A stretch of 36,829 nt of DNA from Chiloscyllium plagiosum (lineage: Eukaryota), in contig NC_057752.1 in the NCBI RefSeq assembly GCF_004010195.1, forward strand, positions 13,786,300 to 13,823,128, written 5' to 3'. The notes beneath the pieces are model-generated. The model saw only the letters and a list, made by a program, of their open reading frames with translations, did no database searches and was not told the origin of the DNA. The position numbers and the translations under genes were made by a program. This document shows positions 12,075 to 22,395 of the stretch, piece after piece (position 1 is the stretch's first letter; each line of letters begins with the position of its first letter).

Positions 12075-12242
12075 CAAATTTAATTGATTATGGGTCTGAA
12101 AGACATCGTCCTCTTCAGGACGATGGGGCAGATCTGAAATATTTACGCCTCTTGTTGACAAAAGGGTGTATTATGTATATTGATATATTTGACAATAGGT
12201 TCAAAGGAAAGTCGATCACAAATTGTTCTCTGTGTGTTTTAG

Positions 12243-12430
12243 GCTGTAACATCAGTGGCTTGGTGACTATAGCAACCAAAACATTTCTGAGGTATGACAA
12301 GCTGAGGGAGCTGATCTCGAGCGTTAGGAAGTATTACCCCAATGTCACCATTGTCATTGCGGATGACAGCGACAAACCACAAAAGATTGAAGGAGACTTC
12401 ATTGAGCAGTACTTCATGCCGTTTGGGAAG
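12243..12430 (+). CDS. B4GALNT1: Internal coding exon (188 nt, phase 1/0) of B4GALNT1-like gene, start of the GT-A catalytic domain
   Basis: Acceptor tgtgtgttttag, donor gtgcag. Translates [62 protein letters not shown]. The NIS sequon and FLRYDKL favour B4GALNT1 over B4GALNT2. Confidence 0.93.
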
Positions 12431-12570
12431 GTGCAGTATGATTTCTTTTTTACGACATGATGAAAAAAGCAAGCGAGACAGTTGAAGTGCAAAGTGTGTG
12501 GTAACATGGGGAATATAGTGAGCAACTTAGGAATGACTCGGTAAAACGAATAAGAGTGGGCCTATGTTAG

Positions 12571-12898
12571 GGGAGGCGATGGCCTAGTGGTATTGTCATT
12601 GGACTGAGTAACCTGGGCAATGCCCTGGGACCTGGGTTCGAATCCTGCCATGGTAGATGGTGGAATTCGAGCTCCATAAGAATCTGGAATTAAGACTCCA
12701 GTGTTGTCCATGGAACCATTGTCAGGAAAAACCCATCTGATTCACTAATGTGAGGGAAATCTGCCATCCTTAGATGGCCAGGCCTACATGTGACTCCAGA
12801 TCCACAGCCAATGTGGCTGATTCTTAACTGCCCTCTGGGTAATTGGGGATCAGTAATAAATGCTGGGCCTAGCCAGCAACACTCACCTCCCATGAATG
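12571..12898 (+). mobile_element. tRNA-derived SINE sharing its 3' tail with the LINE family at 3070 and 20796
   Basis: A-box tggcctagtgg, B-box gggttcgaatcc. Tail gtaataaatgctgggcctagccagcaacactcacctcccatgaatga is the reverse-complement relative of 20796-20870. Confidence 0.78.
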
Positions 12899-13018
12899 AG
12901 TTTTTTCAAAAATGTATATTCTGGAGTGGTTCAAGGTAACAGCAATCTATAAAACAGAGCATGAAATATGGCCTTTCTGCAGCAGTCTCTCATGACTTGA
13001 GTTCCCTGATCACTCTAG

Positions 13019-13335
13019 GTGGTTAGCTCTGTGCCTCACAGTGCCAGGGACCCAGGTTCGATTCCACCCTCAGGTGACTGTCTGTTTGCACATTCTCCCT
13101 GTGGACTTCTTGTGGGTGCTCCGGTTTCCTCCCACAGTCCAGAGATGCGCAGGTTAGGATGGATTGGTCGAGTTAAGTTGGCACATAGTGTCCAGGGATG
13201 TGCAGGCTAAGCAGGTTCACCATGGAGAAATGTGGGATTATGGGGGGGGGGGGTGAGTCTGGGAGGGATGCTCTTCGGAGGGTTGGTGTTGACTCAGTGG
13301 GCCGAATGGCCTGCTTCCAAACTGTAGGGGATCCC
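13019..13335 (+). mobile_element. HE1-type V-SINE
   Basis: B-box ggttcgattcc, V-domain, tail. Confidence 0.85.
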
Positions 13336-13678
13336 AGTGACTCCAATGAAAGGAAGGCAAAGACGAGAGTCACAGTCCTATTGCCTTCTGACTGGGCAGT
13401 CTGAACATGCCACAAAAAGACAGCCAGCTTAGGTTTGCAAATGCTGAGGCAAGGGAAAGGTGTGAGATGGGGCAACCCGTACGAAACAAATCTCGGGGAG
13501 TCAAAACTATTTCAGAAGGGAGTGCGCTGTGACTGAGTTCAGAAAATGGACGCAAGACTCAACAGGTCTGCAATGTTTTTCCTGGTGGTAGGAAGCAGTA
13601 GGTGAAGTGAAGGAATGATGCAGTCACAGAGTCATAGAAAGGTCCAGCTCATCCATGCCAACCAGTTATCCTAAATTA

Positions 13679-13836
13679 GGTGAAAGTGGGTACTGCAGAT
13701 GCTGGAGATTAGAGTGGTGCTGGAAACGCACAGCAGGTCCTGATGAAGGGCTTTTACCCGAAACGTCGATTCTCCTGTCCCTCGGATGCTGCCTGACCTG
13801 CTGTGCTTTTCCAGCACTGTTCTAATCTTGACAGAA
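13679..13836. mobile_element. Third, more diverged copy of the palindromic element inserted in a HER1/CR1 3' end
   Basis: Begins ggtgaaagtgggtactgcagatgctggaga. TSD atcc(t/a)aaatta at 13668-13678 and 13837-13847. Confidence 0.75.
13736..13771 (+). ncRNA. Minimal hammerhead ribozyme-like motif in hairpin element
   Basis: GGUC-CUGAUGA-A-GGG-CUUUUA-CCC-GAAA-C-GUC/GAUU. Canonical CUGAUGA core. Confidence 0.6.
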
Positions 13837-14369
13837 ATCCAAAATTAATTGAGTCCCATTTGCTAGCTGTTGGGCCATATCCCTCTAAACTCTTCCTATT
13901 CATCCACCACTTCCTCTGGCAGCTCATTCCATACACGTATCACCCTCTGTGTGGAAAAGTTGCCCCTCAGGTCCCTTTTAAATCTTTCCCCTCTCACCTT
14001 ACACCTATGCCCTCTAGCTCTGGACTCCCCCACCTCAGGGAAAAGACTTTGTCTATTTACCCTATCCATGCCCCTCATGATTTTATCAACCTCTATAAGG
14101 TCACCCCTCAGCCTCCGACACTCCAGGGAAAACAGCCCCAGCCTGTTCAGCCTCTCCCTGTAGCTCAAACCCTGTCAATGTGTGTCTGGTAGAATATTCT
14201 CAAGCTTTCAGGCCGAAGTTCATTGTGTGCATTCATACACAAAATCCAGTACTAAGGAAATAAAGATCCAAAAATCGACAGTTCTGAGAATATTCAACCA
14301 CAAATGTACTCATTAATCGCATTGTTCTAGATACTATAGCTATTTCTGAAACCATGGAAAAGTTAGCTC

Positions 14370-14700
14370 ACAGGAAGAGGCCATTCAGCCCATCATGTCC
14401 ATGCTGTTGAATATACTAGCCTCCTGCTCTAACTCCACTTTTGAGCCCTTGCTCTGTCGCCCTGCAGGTTCCAAGACTGCAGGGGCAGGTTTCTGTCTCC
14501 ACCATTAAACTGGGCAGTGGCCCAGACACCTACCACCCACTGGGGTAAAGGACTTACCTCATGTTCCCTCTAACCCTTCCACCAATCACCTTCAATCTGT
14601 GGCCCTTGCTAAGTGACCTCTATGTGAGGGGAAACAGACCTACCTTGCCCACTCTGTCCAAGCCCCCTCATTATTTTATACACCTCCATTCAATCACCCC
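14370..14700 (-). mobile_element. Degraded CR1 3' end
   Basis: aggccattcagcccatc tail and accacccactggggtaaag RT-end similarity. Confidence 0.6.
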
Positions 14701-15971
14701 CCAACCCCCCCCCCCCCCCAGTCTGTTCTGTTTGTGCAGCTGAAGTGAGTGGAGACCACAAATTTCAGAAATAATCCCAGAAGCTGCAGTTCTAAGAAAG
14801 AAGAACTTGTATTTTTTTAAAAAACATAGCACTTTTCATGACCTCTGGCCATCTCATAGCATTTTACAGCCATTAAGGTGTTCCTTTGAGGTTAGTCACT
14901 TTTCTTTCAAGCGAGCAAACTCACAGGAAGCGGGTGTTGTTGGCTGACCCCCAGCAATTATTGCCTGTCCCTAGTTGCCCTGAGGAAGGCAATCCCAGTG
15001 ACACTGAAGGAATGGGGACATATCTTGTGAACATGTGTTGGAGGAGCTGCTAGGACTTGTTAAATAAATAGTTTTGCACCTTAGAGCAGAACCTCAGAGA
15101 GGAGTTGGATTCATTTGAAGCTGCAGTGTGACTGACTGACTGCTTTACTGCTGAAACAAGATCCCTGCCATTTGTGACTCTTGCACACCCCTGTTTCCCA
15201 TGCACCTGTATTAGTGGACCAGCCCTCAGCTGCCCAGACTCTGCCCTCTGGAATGCCCTCCCCACACCCCTGCTTTGCCCAGTAAATAAGGAGCTCCTTT
15301 CAAAGCTAGCTCAGGCATTTGGCCACCAGTTCACTCGTCTCCCTGCGTGGAGTCGGGCCCTGGACGAGAATTGTTCCTGCAAAGCACCTTGGGAGGTTTT
15401 ATTACATTAAAGTTGCTGCCTAAAAGCCAGTTATTGTGGCTATCGCTTTGAGATCACTGTATGGTAACGTTTATGTCCTGCTTTAATGGGCTCTCAGTTA
15501 CATTGATTCTGAGCAAAAAGCATCTCTCTTTCTGTCAGCATCAGGCATCCAGGATAAGGGGGAGACCGTGAGTTCCTCACCACAAGTGGATTTTAGAGGA
15601 CCTGCGATTATGTTTCCAGTGAAGTACTTTGCAATTACTTCAATCTTTGAGCAACCTTTTCCACTCTAATCAATCAGTGATATACTGCATTTGAATTTCC
15701 CCTGGTAGCCTCCGCCACAGAATGCCTGTCAATAAGGAGGAAATTTATAAGCGATTCTACCCGAGCTCAGTTAATATTGGAGATAATGACAGCAGAGGAA
15801 ATGTTGCTTTTATCTCAATCTGGGGGAGGCTTAAACAACTCCATTTCATGAACCATAGTGTCTCAGTCGAGAAAATGATGCGTCACCCCTGCTTCACTCG
15901 CCCTTTCGATCCTGTCGCCAGATACGACTCGATTCAAAGCAAGTCTCTGTGTGGAGAGACTCTCTGTGTTG

Positions 15972-16218
15972 ACTGTATGTGTGGAATTTGCACATTCTCC
16001 CCGTGTCTGTGTGGGTTTCCTCCGGGTGCTCCGGTTTCCTCCCACAGTCCAAAGATGTGCAGGTTAGGTGAATTGGCCATGCTAAATTGCCCGTAGTGTT
16101 AGGTAAGGGGTAAATGTAGGGGAATGGGTCTGGGTGGGTTGTGCTTCAGCGGGTCGGTGTGGACTTGTTGGGCCGAAGGGCCTGTTTCCACACTGTAATG
16201 TAATCTAAACTAATCTAA
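15972..16218 (+). mobile_element. 5'-truncated HE1-type V-SINE
   Basis: V-domain and tail ttccacactgtaatgtaatctaa. Confidence 0.9.
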
Positions 16219-16381
16219 GTGAGGTGGGGAGGTGGAGTCAGTTCCAGAAAAGGGATCCCTCGGAGCAAGCGATATCCCGTGATGTTTGCTTTTCCCAAAG
16301 GGAGCAAGGCATGTAACGAGAGCCTTTGTGCAGCTATTCTGAATTCTGTGGAATCTGATCAATGTCTTTTTCTCTCTGCAG

Positions 16382-16522
16382 GGCTGGTTTGCTGGGCGCA
16401 ACTTGGCGATTTCCCAAGTCACGACGAAATATCTGCTCTGGGTCGACGATGACTTCATTTTCACTGCAAACACCAAGCTGGAAAAGCTGGTGAACATCTT
16501 GGAGAAGACAACACTGGATTTG
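16382..16522 (+). CDS. B4GALNT1: Internal coding exon (141 nt, phase 0/0) of B4GALNT1-like gene containing the DXD motif
   Basis: Acceptor ctttttctctctgcag, donor gtaaga. Translates [47 protein letters not shown], continuing MPFGK in frame. Confidence 0.94.
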
Positions 16523-16887
16523 GTAAGATGGCCACACCGATCTCGGCACTAGCCAGCCGGAAAGCTTTGCCGTTTTCGCTGGTTGTGGAACAACTTTGTT
16601 ATTGGGAATCATGTTTCCAACTGGCATCTACTGCTGACATCTTCTTTCTTGTCCATCTGGGACCATCCTAATTTCCACAATCTAGAATCACACTTACCCG
16701 CTGCTCCGTCAGCTAAAGCCTTACATTGGGGAAGGACCGATTGTTCCAGTTTGTGAAATGGGCGTGACTGTTGCAGAGAATGTGGTTGACATGTCATTTG
16801 GGTTACAGAGGAACTGGTCACTGGAAGGATAATGGTTTGTGTAGCATTGCTTTGATATGCTCATTTCACATTAAGTAATACATTATT

Positions 16888-17172
16888 CAGGAGAAAGTGG
16901 GGACTGCAGATGCTGGAGATCAGAGCTGAAAATGGTGTTGCTGGAAAAGCGCAGCAGGTCAGGCAGCATCCAAGGAGCAGGAGAATCGACGTTTCGGACA
17001 TGAGCCCTTCCCACTCAGATGTACGAAAGTGCAGGAGTACAGTTGGAAGTAGTACAGGAAACGTCAATTCTCCTGCATTCCTGAAGAAGGGCTCATGCCC
17101 GAAACGTCGATTCTCCTGCTCCTTGGATGCTGCCTGACCTGCTGCACTTTTCCAGCAACACATTTTCAGCTG
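16888..17172. mobile_element. Short palindromic non-autonomous element, probably Penelope pseudo-LTR derived, with 10-bp TSD
   Basis: Inverted arms of about 85 bp. TSD atacattatt at 16878-16887 and 17173-17182. Contains a hammerhead motif. Confidence 0.8.
17077..17112 (+). ncRNA. Minimal hammerhead ribozyme-like motif in hairpin element
   Basis: AUUC-CUGAAGA-A-GGGC-UCAU-GCCC-GAAA-C-GUC/GAUU. Perfect 4-bp stem II, weak stem I. Confidence 0.65.
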
Positions 17173-17891
17173 ATACATTATTAACACCAACTCAGATATA
17201 GCCTTACCGATTTGGATTTATTGAAGCCAGTATGGCACGCATTGACTCACATGCCTTTTCCACAGTGTTCTTGACACAGTGACCCTTGCCCACACCCTCT
17301 TCCTTCCCAACTCCCTGCAGGTTAGCGTACCTTGGTTTCAATGTGGATAAGTGACCCTGTTGTACAATCTTTATACTCGAGGGGGATGGTTTGAAGTCCT
17401 GGCCCAGGCTGTACTGAACCGGTTCAGAGCACCAGGCCACAGATAGATGCCTTTCTTCCTGCTGCGTACTGAAGGATAGATTCAGCAAACTCTCTGGTTG
17501 AGAGATAGAACTCAAAGCTGCAATGGTCAGTGACATGTGGGACAGCACTTAGTGATGTTCTAAATCTGCTGCCTTTTGAAATGTGGCTCCCCACTCAGAT
17601 GTATGAAAGTGCAGGAGTACAGTGGGAAGTAGTACAGGAAATGTGAGTTGTACAGAGTACAGGAGAATGTGGCCACACATGACACCATCTTAGGTACAAG
17701 TACCTAGATACAGAATCATAAGAGCAAGATAGAAAGAAAGGATAAAGTTAAAAGTTAAACACTGCAGTAATTTTTGGTAGAAAATAAAGAAATAAAGCTG
17801 AAAGTTCAAACATTACGGTCTTTCTTAAGTGCTTAGCGACGGTGGAACTGCACTTCAAGGAATCACCTCAAGACTGGAAGTCCACGCTGAA

Positions 17892-18079
17892 GCCACACTG
17901 GGCCCGAGAGACTGCCACATACCGCCGAAAGACCGCCATGCCAGGCTGAGAGACCGCCACACTAGGCCAAAAGACCTCCATGTTAGGCTGAAAGTCCACC
18001 CCAATGGACCAGTGAGAGATCGCCACGCCAGGCCGAGAGACCACCATGCTAGGCCAGGAGATTGCCCTGCCAGGCCGCC
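17892..18079. repeat. Degenerate 21-bp minisatellite, about 9 units
   Basis: Units like gccacgccaggccgagagacc at 17914, 17935, 17956, 17977, 18022, 18043, 18064. Confidence 0.85.
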
Positions 18080-19031
18080 TCGCTGGGCCTGCACTGAGTC
18101 CAAGGCTGGGAGTCTGATGCCGGGAGAATAAAAAAGAGAAAGGAAGCAGATGGAGCGGGCAAGCTCTGTCTGAAGTGTCCTACTCCGCCGACATCTTGGG
18201 ATATGATCCTCAGATGTTAACTGTCCCCTTCCTTGCTCTGTCCCCTTCTCCACTCCTTTTGAGTTGCCCCAACAGTGACACTCTTGCTATCCATGAGTTG
18301 GCTCATCAATAATGGCTGGTCTGTCATCCAAAAACGACCCTGCCAGGCTGCACTTATTTCACCCACAGCGCCAGAGATGCAGGGTGGCACTCATCCAGGT
18401 CTCTGCTTCCTCTGGCCTCGTACCCGTTTGAAACCCCCACTCTTGACCATCTTCCTCACTCTTTCCTTTGAGCTCAATGCCAAGGTACCCTTCTGCCCCT
18501 CACTAAGTTGTTACTCCAAGTCACTTGGCACCGTGCCTCTCTCCTTAAATCTTTTGAGCCGTCATGCTTCCCCAAACCTCTAAGTCAGCACTCTGGCTCA
18601 GATCCCATTGCGAAACGAGGCCCACCATCTTGAAGATTTAGTTCACCGATAAGGTTGCCGCCCTGGTTCTTCCCAACGTTAGCTTGCACGTGGCCATGAC
18701 AAGATAGGAGTAGGCTTTTCCAATCAGCCAGTCTGTGTTGGTCCGCACGAGTAGTCTGAATCTCCGGCACTGACCTCTTCCTCATTCCCGTTCCCTCCAA
18801 CCACCTCGCGAACTGACCCTTGGTTTCTGCTCCAATCATTAATTCAGGGTGAATGCTGCACCCTCACGTTCCTGAGTAGAAACATTTCTCTCGCTCTCTT
18901 TTCTAAGGCTGTTACGTTTAATAACTCTATACCGTTATTCCAGAACCACTCAATCATTGTGAATAGGTCCACCCTTTCACAACTTTAACACATCCATCAA
19001 TCCTCAGTTACTTCTCTCTGTCCTTATGAAG

Positions 19032-19355
19032 ATTAGATTAGATTTCCTACAGTTTGGAAACAGGCCCTTCGGTCCAGCAAGTCCACACTGACCCTCCGAA
19101 GAGCAAGCCACCCAGACCAATTCCCCTACCCTATATTAACCCCTGACTAATGCACCTAACACTATGGGCAATTTAGCGTGGCCAATTCACCCTAACCTGC
19201 ACATCTTTGTGACTGTGGGAGGAACTGGAGCAAACCCACGCAGACACGGGGAGATAATGCAAGCTCCACACAGACAGTCGCCCGAGGCTGGAATTGAACC
19301 CGGGTTCCTGGCGCTGTGAGGCAGCTGTGCTAACCACTGAGCCACTGTGCTGCCC
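19032..19355 (-). mobile_element. HE1-type V-SINE
   Basis: Full head, V-domain, (ttaga)n tail. Confidence 0.9.
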
Positions 19356-19457
19356 TTGAAACAGCCTTGAGTTGTCAAGTATTTGTATCCTCCTCACAGT
19401 TGGCGTGATCCAAATGAATCTGTTCCCTATCCTAACCATTTCCTCAATTATCTTCCT

Positions 19458-19585
19458 GTTATGGTTCTGTTTGCCGAGCTGGGAATTTGTGTTGCAGACG
19501 TTTCGTCCCCTGTCTAGGTGACATCCTCAGTGCTTGGGAGCCTCCTGTGAAGCGCTTCTGTGATCTTTCCTCCGGCATTTGTAGT
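19458..19585 (-). mobile_element. Penelope-like element terminal (pLTR/3') fragment
   Basis: Carries the hammerhead motif. Its minus-strand end agaaccataac matches the start of the tail attached to the PLE RT fragment at about 20412. Confidence 0.7.
19494..19533 (-). ncRNA. Minimal type I hammerhead ribozyme motif in a Penelope-like terminal repeat
   Basis: Minus strand reads GCA-CUGAGGA-U-GUCACCU-AGAC-AGGGGAC-GAAA-C-GUC/UGC. This gives the CUGANGA and GAAA core, stem II with one A.G mismatch, a 3-bp stem I (GCA/UGC), a palindromic ACGU stem III and a GUC cleavage triplet. Confidence 0.8.
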
Positions 19586-19795
19586 ACATAGAACACAGAA
19601 CATAGAACAGTACAGCACAGAACAGGCCCTTCAGCCCACGATGTTGTGCCGACCACTGATCCTCATGTATGCACCCTCAAATTTCTGTGACCATATGCAT
19701 GTCCAGTAGTCTCTTAAATGTCCCCAATGACCTTGCTTCCACAACTGCTGCTGGCAACGCATTCCATGCTCTCACAACCCTCTGTGTAAAGAAAT
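19586..19795 (-). mobile_element. CR1 3' end abutting the PLE fragment
   Basis: (atagaac)n tail, caggcccttcagccc, ttccatgctctcacaaccctctgtgtaaagaa. Confidence 0.75.
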
Positions 19796-20146
19796 GTCTC
19801 CTCTCATTCTTCTAAACACCGAAAAGTATAGGCCAAACCTACACAACCTCCTTTTTAAATATTGCTTGCTAGTTTACCCATAACATATATTTTCTCCTTT
19901 TTTAAAAAATAATTTTTTTGTTCATTTTCAACATTTTCCCAATCCTTTGGCTTTCCACTAATCATCATGACATTGCATCTTTACCTTGCAATTTGATGCT
20001 ATCTTTAAATTCCTTGGTTAATGATGATTCTTTGATCCCCTTCCTGGAATCCAACTTCCACATTGGGATATATCTTTATTACGAGTCAATAACTATAAAT
20101 ATCAGCCATTGCTCATTGATTGTCTTTCCTGCTAAACCTCTTTCTC

Positions 20147-20460
20147 AGATCTGTCGATGAAATTGCGCGGGTATCCGTTTTTGGCGAATACATTGTAGAG
20201 GTATTCTTCTTCCTCTTTTTGCAGTTCTGGTGTGCTGCAGTGTGTTGTGGCCCTTTTGAACAGTGTCTTGATGCAACTTCTTTTGTGTGTGTTGTGGTGG
20301 TTGCTTTCATAGTTCAGGACTTGGTCTGTGTGTGTGGCTTTCCTGTATACCTTCGTGGTGAATTCTCCGTTCGGTGTTCTCTGTACAGGAAAGCCAAACA
20401 CACACAGACCAAGAACCACAACAATGAGCACCTGAGCTACAAATCTTCTCCCAAGCTTTG
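20147..20460 (-). mobile_element. Penelope-like element RT C-terminal (thumb) fragment with inverted tail
   Basis: Minus-strand translation VQRTPNGEFTTKVYRKATHTDQVLNYESNHHNTHKRSCIKTLFKRATTHCSTPELQKEEEEYLYNVFAKNGYPRNFI matches the PLE pattern VYRKxTHTDxxL...NGYP. Confidence 0.85.
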
Positions 20461-20795
20461 AGTATCTTCCTGTAGTGCAAAGCTCAGACCAGCATACAGT
20501 GCTCCAGCTATGGTCAAACAAGGTTGATACAGACTCACCACTATATTTTGCCTCAGAAAGAAGATTCTATGACTCTTGCCTTTAAATTTCTAATTCCATT
20601 CATTTTTTTGTTTTATTCTTATCCACCTGAGGTGTTGTTTTCAGTCTCAGACTGACCTGAACGTCCCCCCATCGTCTGTTTTTTTTCCCCCTCACCCAAT
20701 TTCTTCCCATTCGATAATCGTACCAATGTTTCCTGATGCTCCCTTTATTCCTCAGAATTAGTTCCTCTGCAATCGGGATGACTGTTACTTTAAAT

Positions 20796-21522
20796 TTATT
20801 CATTCGTGGCATGTGGGTGTCACTGCCTGGGCCGAGCATTTATTTCCCCGTCCCTAATTGCTCCCTTGAGAAGGTGGGGGTGAGCTGCCATCTTGAATCG
20901 CTGCGGTCCATGTGCTGTGGGTTGACCCACAATGCCCTGAGGGAGAGAATTCCAGGATTTTGACCCAGCGACACTGAAGGAACAGCAATATATTTCCAAG
21001 TCAGGATGGTGTGGGGCTCGGAGGGGCTGGTGTTCCCATGTATCTGCTGCCCTTGTCCTTCTAGATGGAAGTGGTCGTGGGTTTGGAAGGTGCTGTCTGA
21101 GGGTCTTTGGTGAATATCTGCAGGGCACCTTGTAGATGGTACACACTGCTGCTACTGAGCGTCGGTGGGGGGAGGGAGTGGGTGTTTGTGGATGTGGGGC
21201 CAATCAAGCGGGCTGCTTTGTCCTGGATGGTGTCGAGCTTCTTGAGTGTTGTTGGACCTGCCCCCATCCAGGGGCAAGTGGGGAGTATTCCATCACATTC
21301 CTGACTTGTGTCTTGTAGATGGTGGGACAGGCTATGGGAAGACAGGTGGCCAATCAAGCGGCTGCTTTGTCCTGGATGGTGTCGAGCTACTTGAGTGTTG
21401 TTGGACCTCCCCCATCCAGGGGCAAGTGGGGAGTATTCCCTCACCCTCCTGACTTGTGCCTTGTAGATGGTGGGACAGGCTATGGGAAGACAGGTGGGGA
21501 GTTACCCATTGTAGCCTTCCTA
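20796..21522 (-). mobile_element. 3' end of CR1/L2-group LINE with internal 150-bp tandem duplication
   Basis: TLKKLDTIQDKAARLIG, HRRSVAAVCTIYK. caatcaagcg at both 21201 and 21351. Confidence 0.82.
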
Positions 21523-22022
21523 NNNNNNNNNNNNNNNNNNNNNNNNNNNNNNNNNNNNNNNNNNNNNNNNNNNNNNNNNNNNNNNNNNNNNNNNNNNNNN
21601 NNNNNNNNNNNNNNNNNNNNNNNNNNNNNNNNNNNNNNNNNNNNNNNNNNNNNNNNNNNNNNNNNNNNNNNNNNNNNNNNNNNNNNNNNNNNNNNNNNNN
21701 NNNNNNNNNNNNNNNNNNNNNNNNNNNNNNNNNNNNNNNNNNNNNNNNNNNNNNNNNNNNNNNNNNNNNNNNNNNNNNNNNNNNNNNNNNNNNNNNNNNN
21801 NNNNNNNNNNNNNNNNNNNNNNNNNNNNNNNNNNNNNNNNNNNNNNNNNNNNNNNNNNNNNNNNNNNNNNNNNNNNNNNNNNNNNNNNNNNNNNNNNNNN
21901 NNNNNNNNNNNNNNNNNNNNNNNNNNNNNNNNNNNNNNNNNNNNNNNNNNNNNNNNNNNNNNNNNNNNNNNNNNNNNNNNNNNNNNNNNNNNNNNNNNNN
22001 NNNNNNNNNNNNNNNNNNNNNN
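21523..22022. other. Assembly gap, exactly 500 N (probably an arbitrary-size scaffold join)
   Basis: Run of N with a round length. The flanks are unrelated repeats. Confidence 1.
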
Positions 22023-22395
22023 GATCAGATCTATCCAAGGATGCTACAGGAAGCGAGGAATGGGATTGCTGTGCCTCTGGCAATGATCTTTGCATCCTCA
22101 CTCTCCACAGGGTGGCGAATATTGCTCCTCTGTTCAAGAAAGGGAATAGGGAAATCCCTGGGAATGACCGACTGCTCAGTCTTACGTCTGTGGTAAGCAA
22201 GGCACTGGAAAGGATTCTGAGAGATAGGATTTAGACTATTTGGAAAAATATAGTTTGATTGAAGATAATCAGCATGGCTTTGTGAGGGGCACGTCATGCC
22301 TCACAAACCTTACTGAGTTCTTTGAGGATATGACGAGACAAGTTGACAAAGGTCAAGCAGTGGACGTGATGTACATGGATTTCAGTAAGGCATTT

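Larger units (their letters stand above)
13624..14175 (-). mobile_element. HER1/CR1 LINE 3' end hosting the palindromic element
   Basis: LSYRERLNRLGLFSLECRRLRGDLIEV...FSTQRVIRVWNELPEEVV. Confidence 0.88.

Noticed and set aside
16888..17172. Hairpin as a miRNA precursor or DNA-transposon MITE
   Set aside because: Variable TSD lengths, asymmetric ends and hammerhead cores fit a PLE origin better; small-RNA production cannot be judged from sequence alone.
17829..18131. ORF with RDRHARP heptad repeats
   Set aside because: By-product of the 21-bp minisatellite; no splice or homology support.
22023..22026. Contig starts with GATC (Hi-C enzyme site) after the 500-N gap
   Set aside because: GATC is also the expected CR1 coding sequence (DQIYPR), so it is uninformative on its own.
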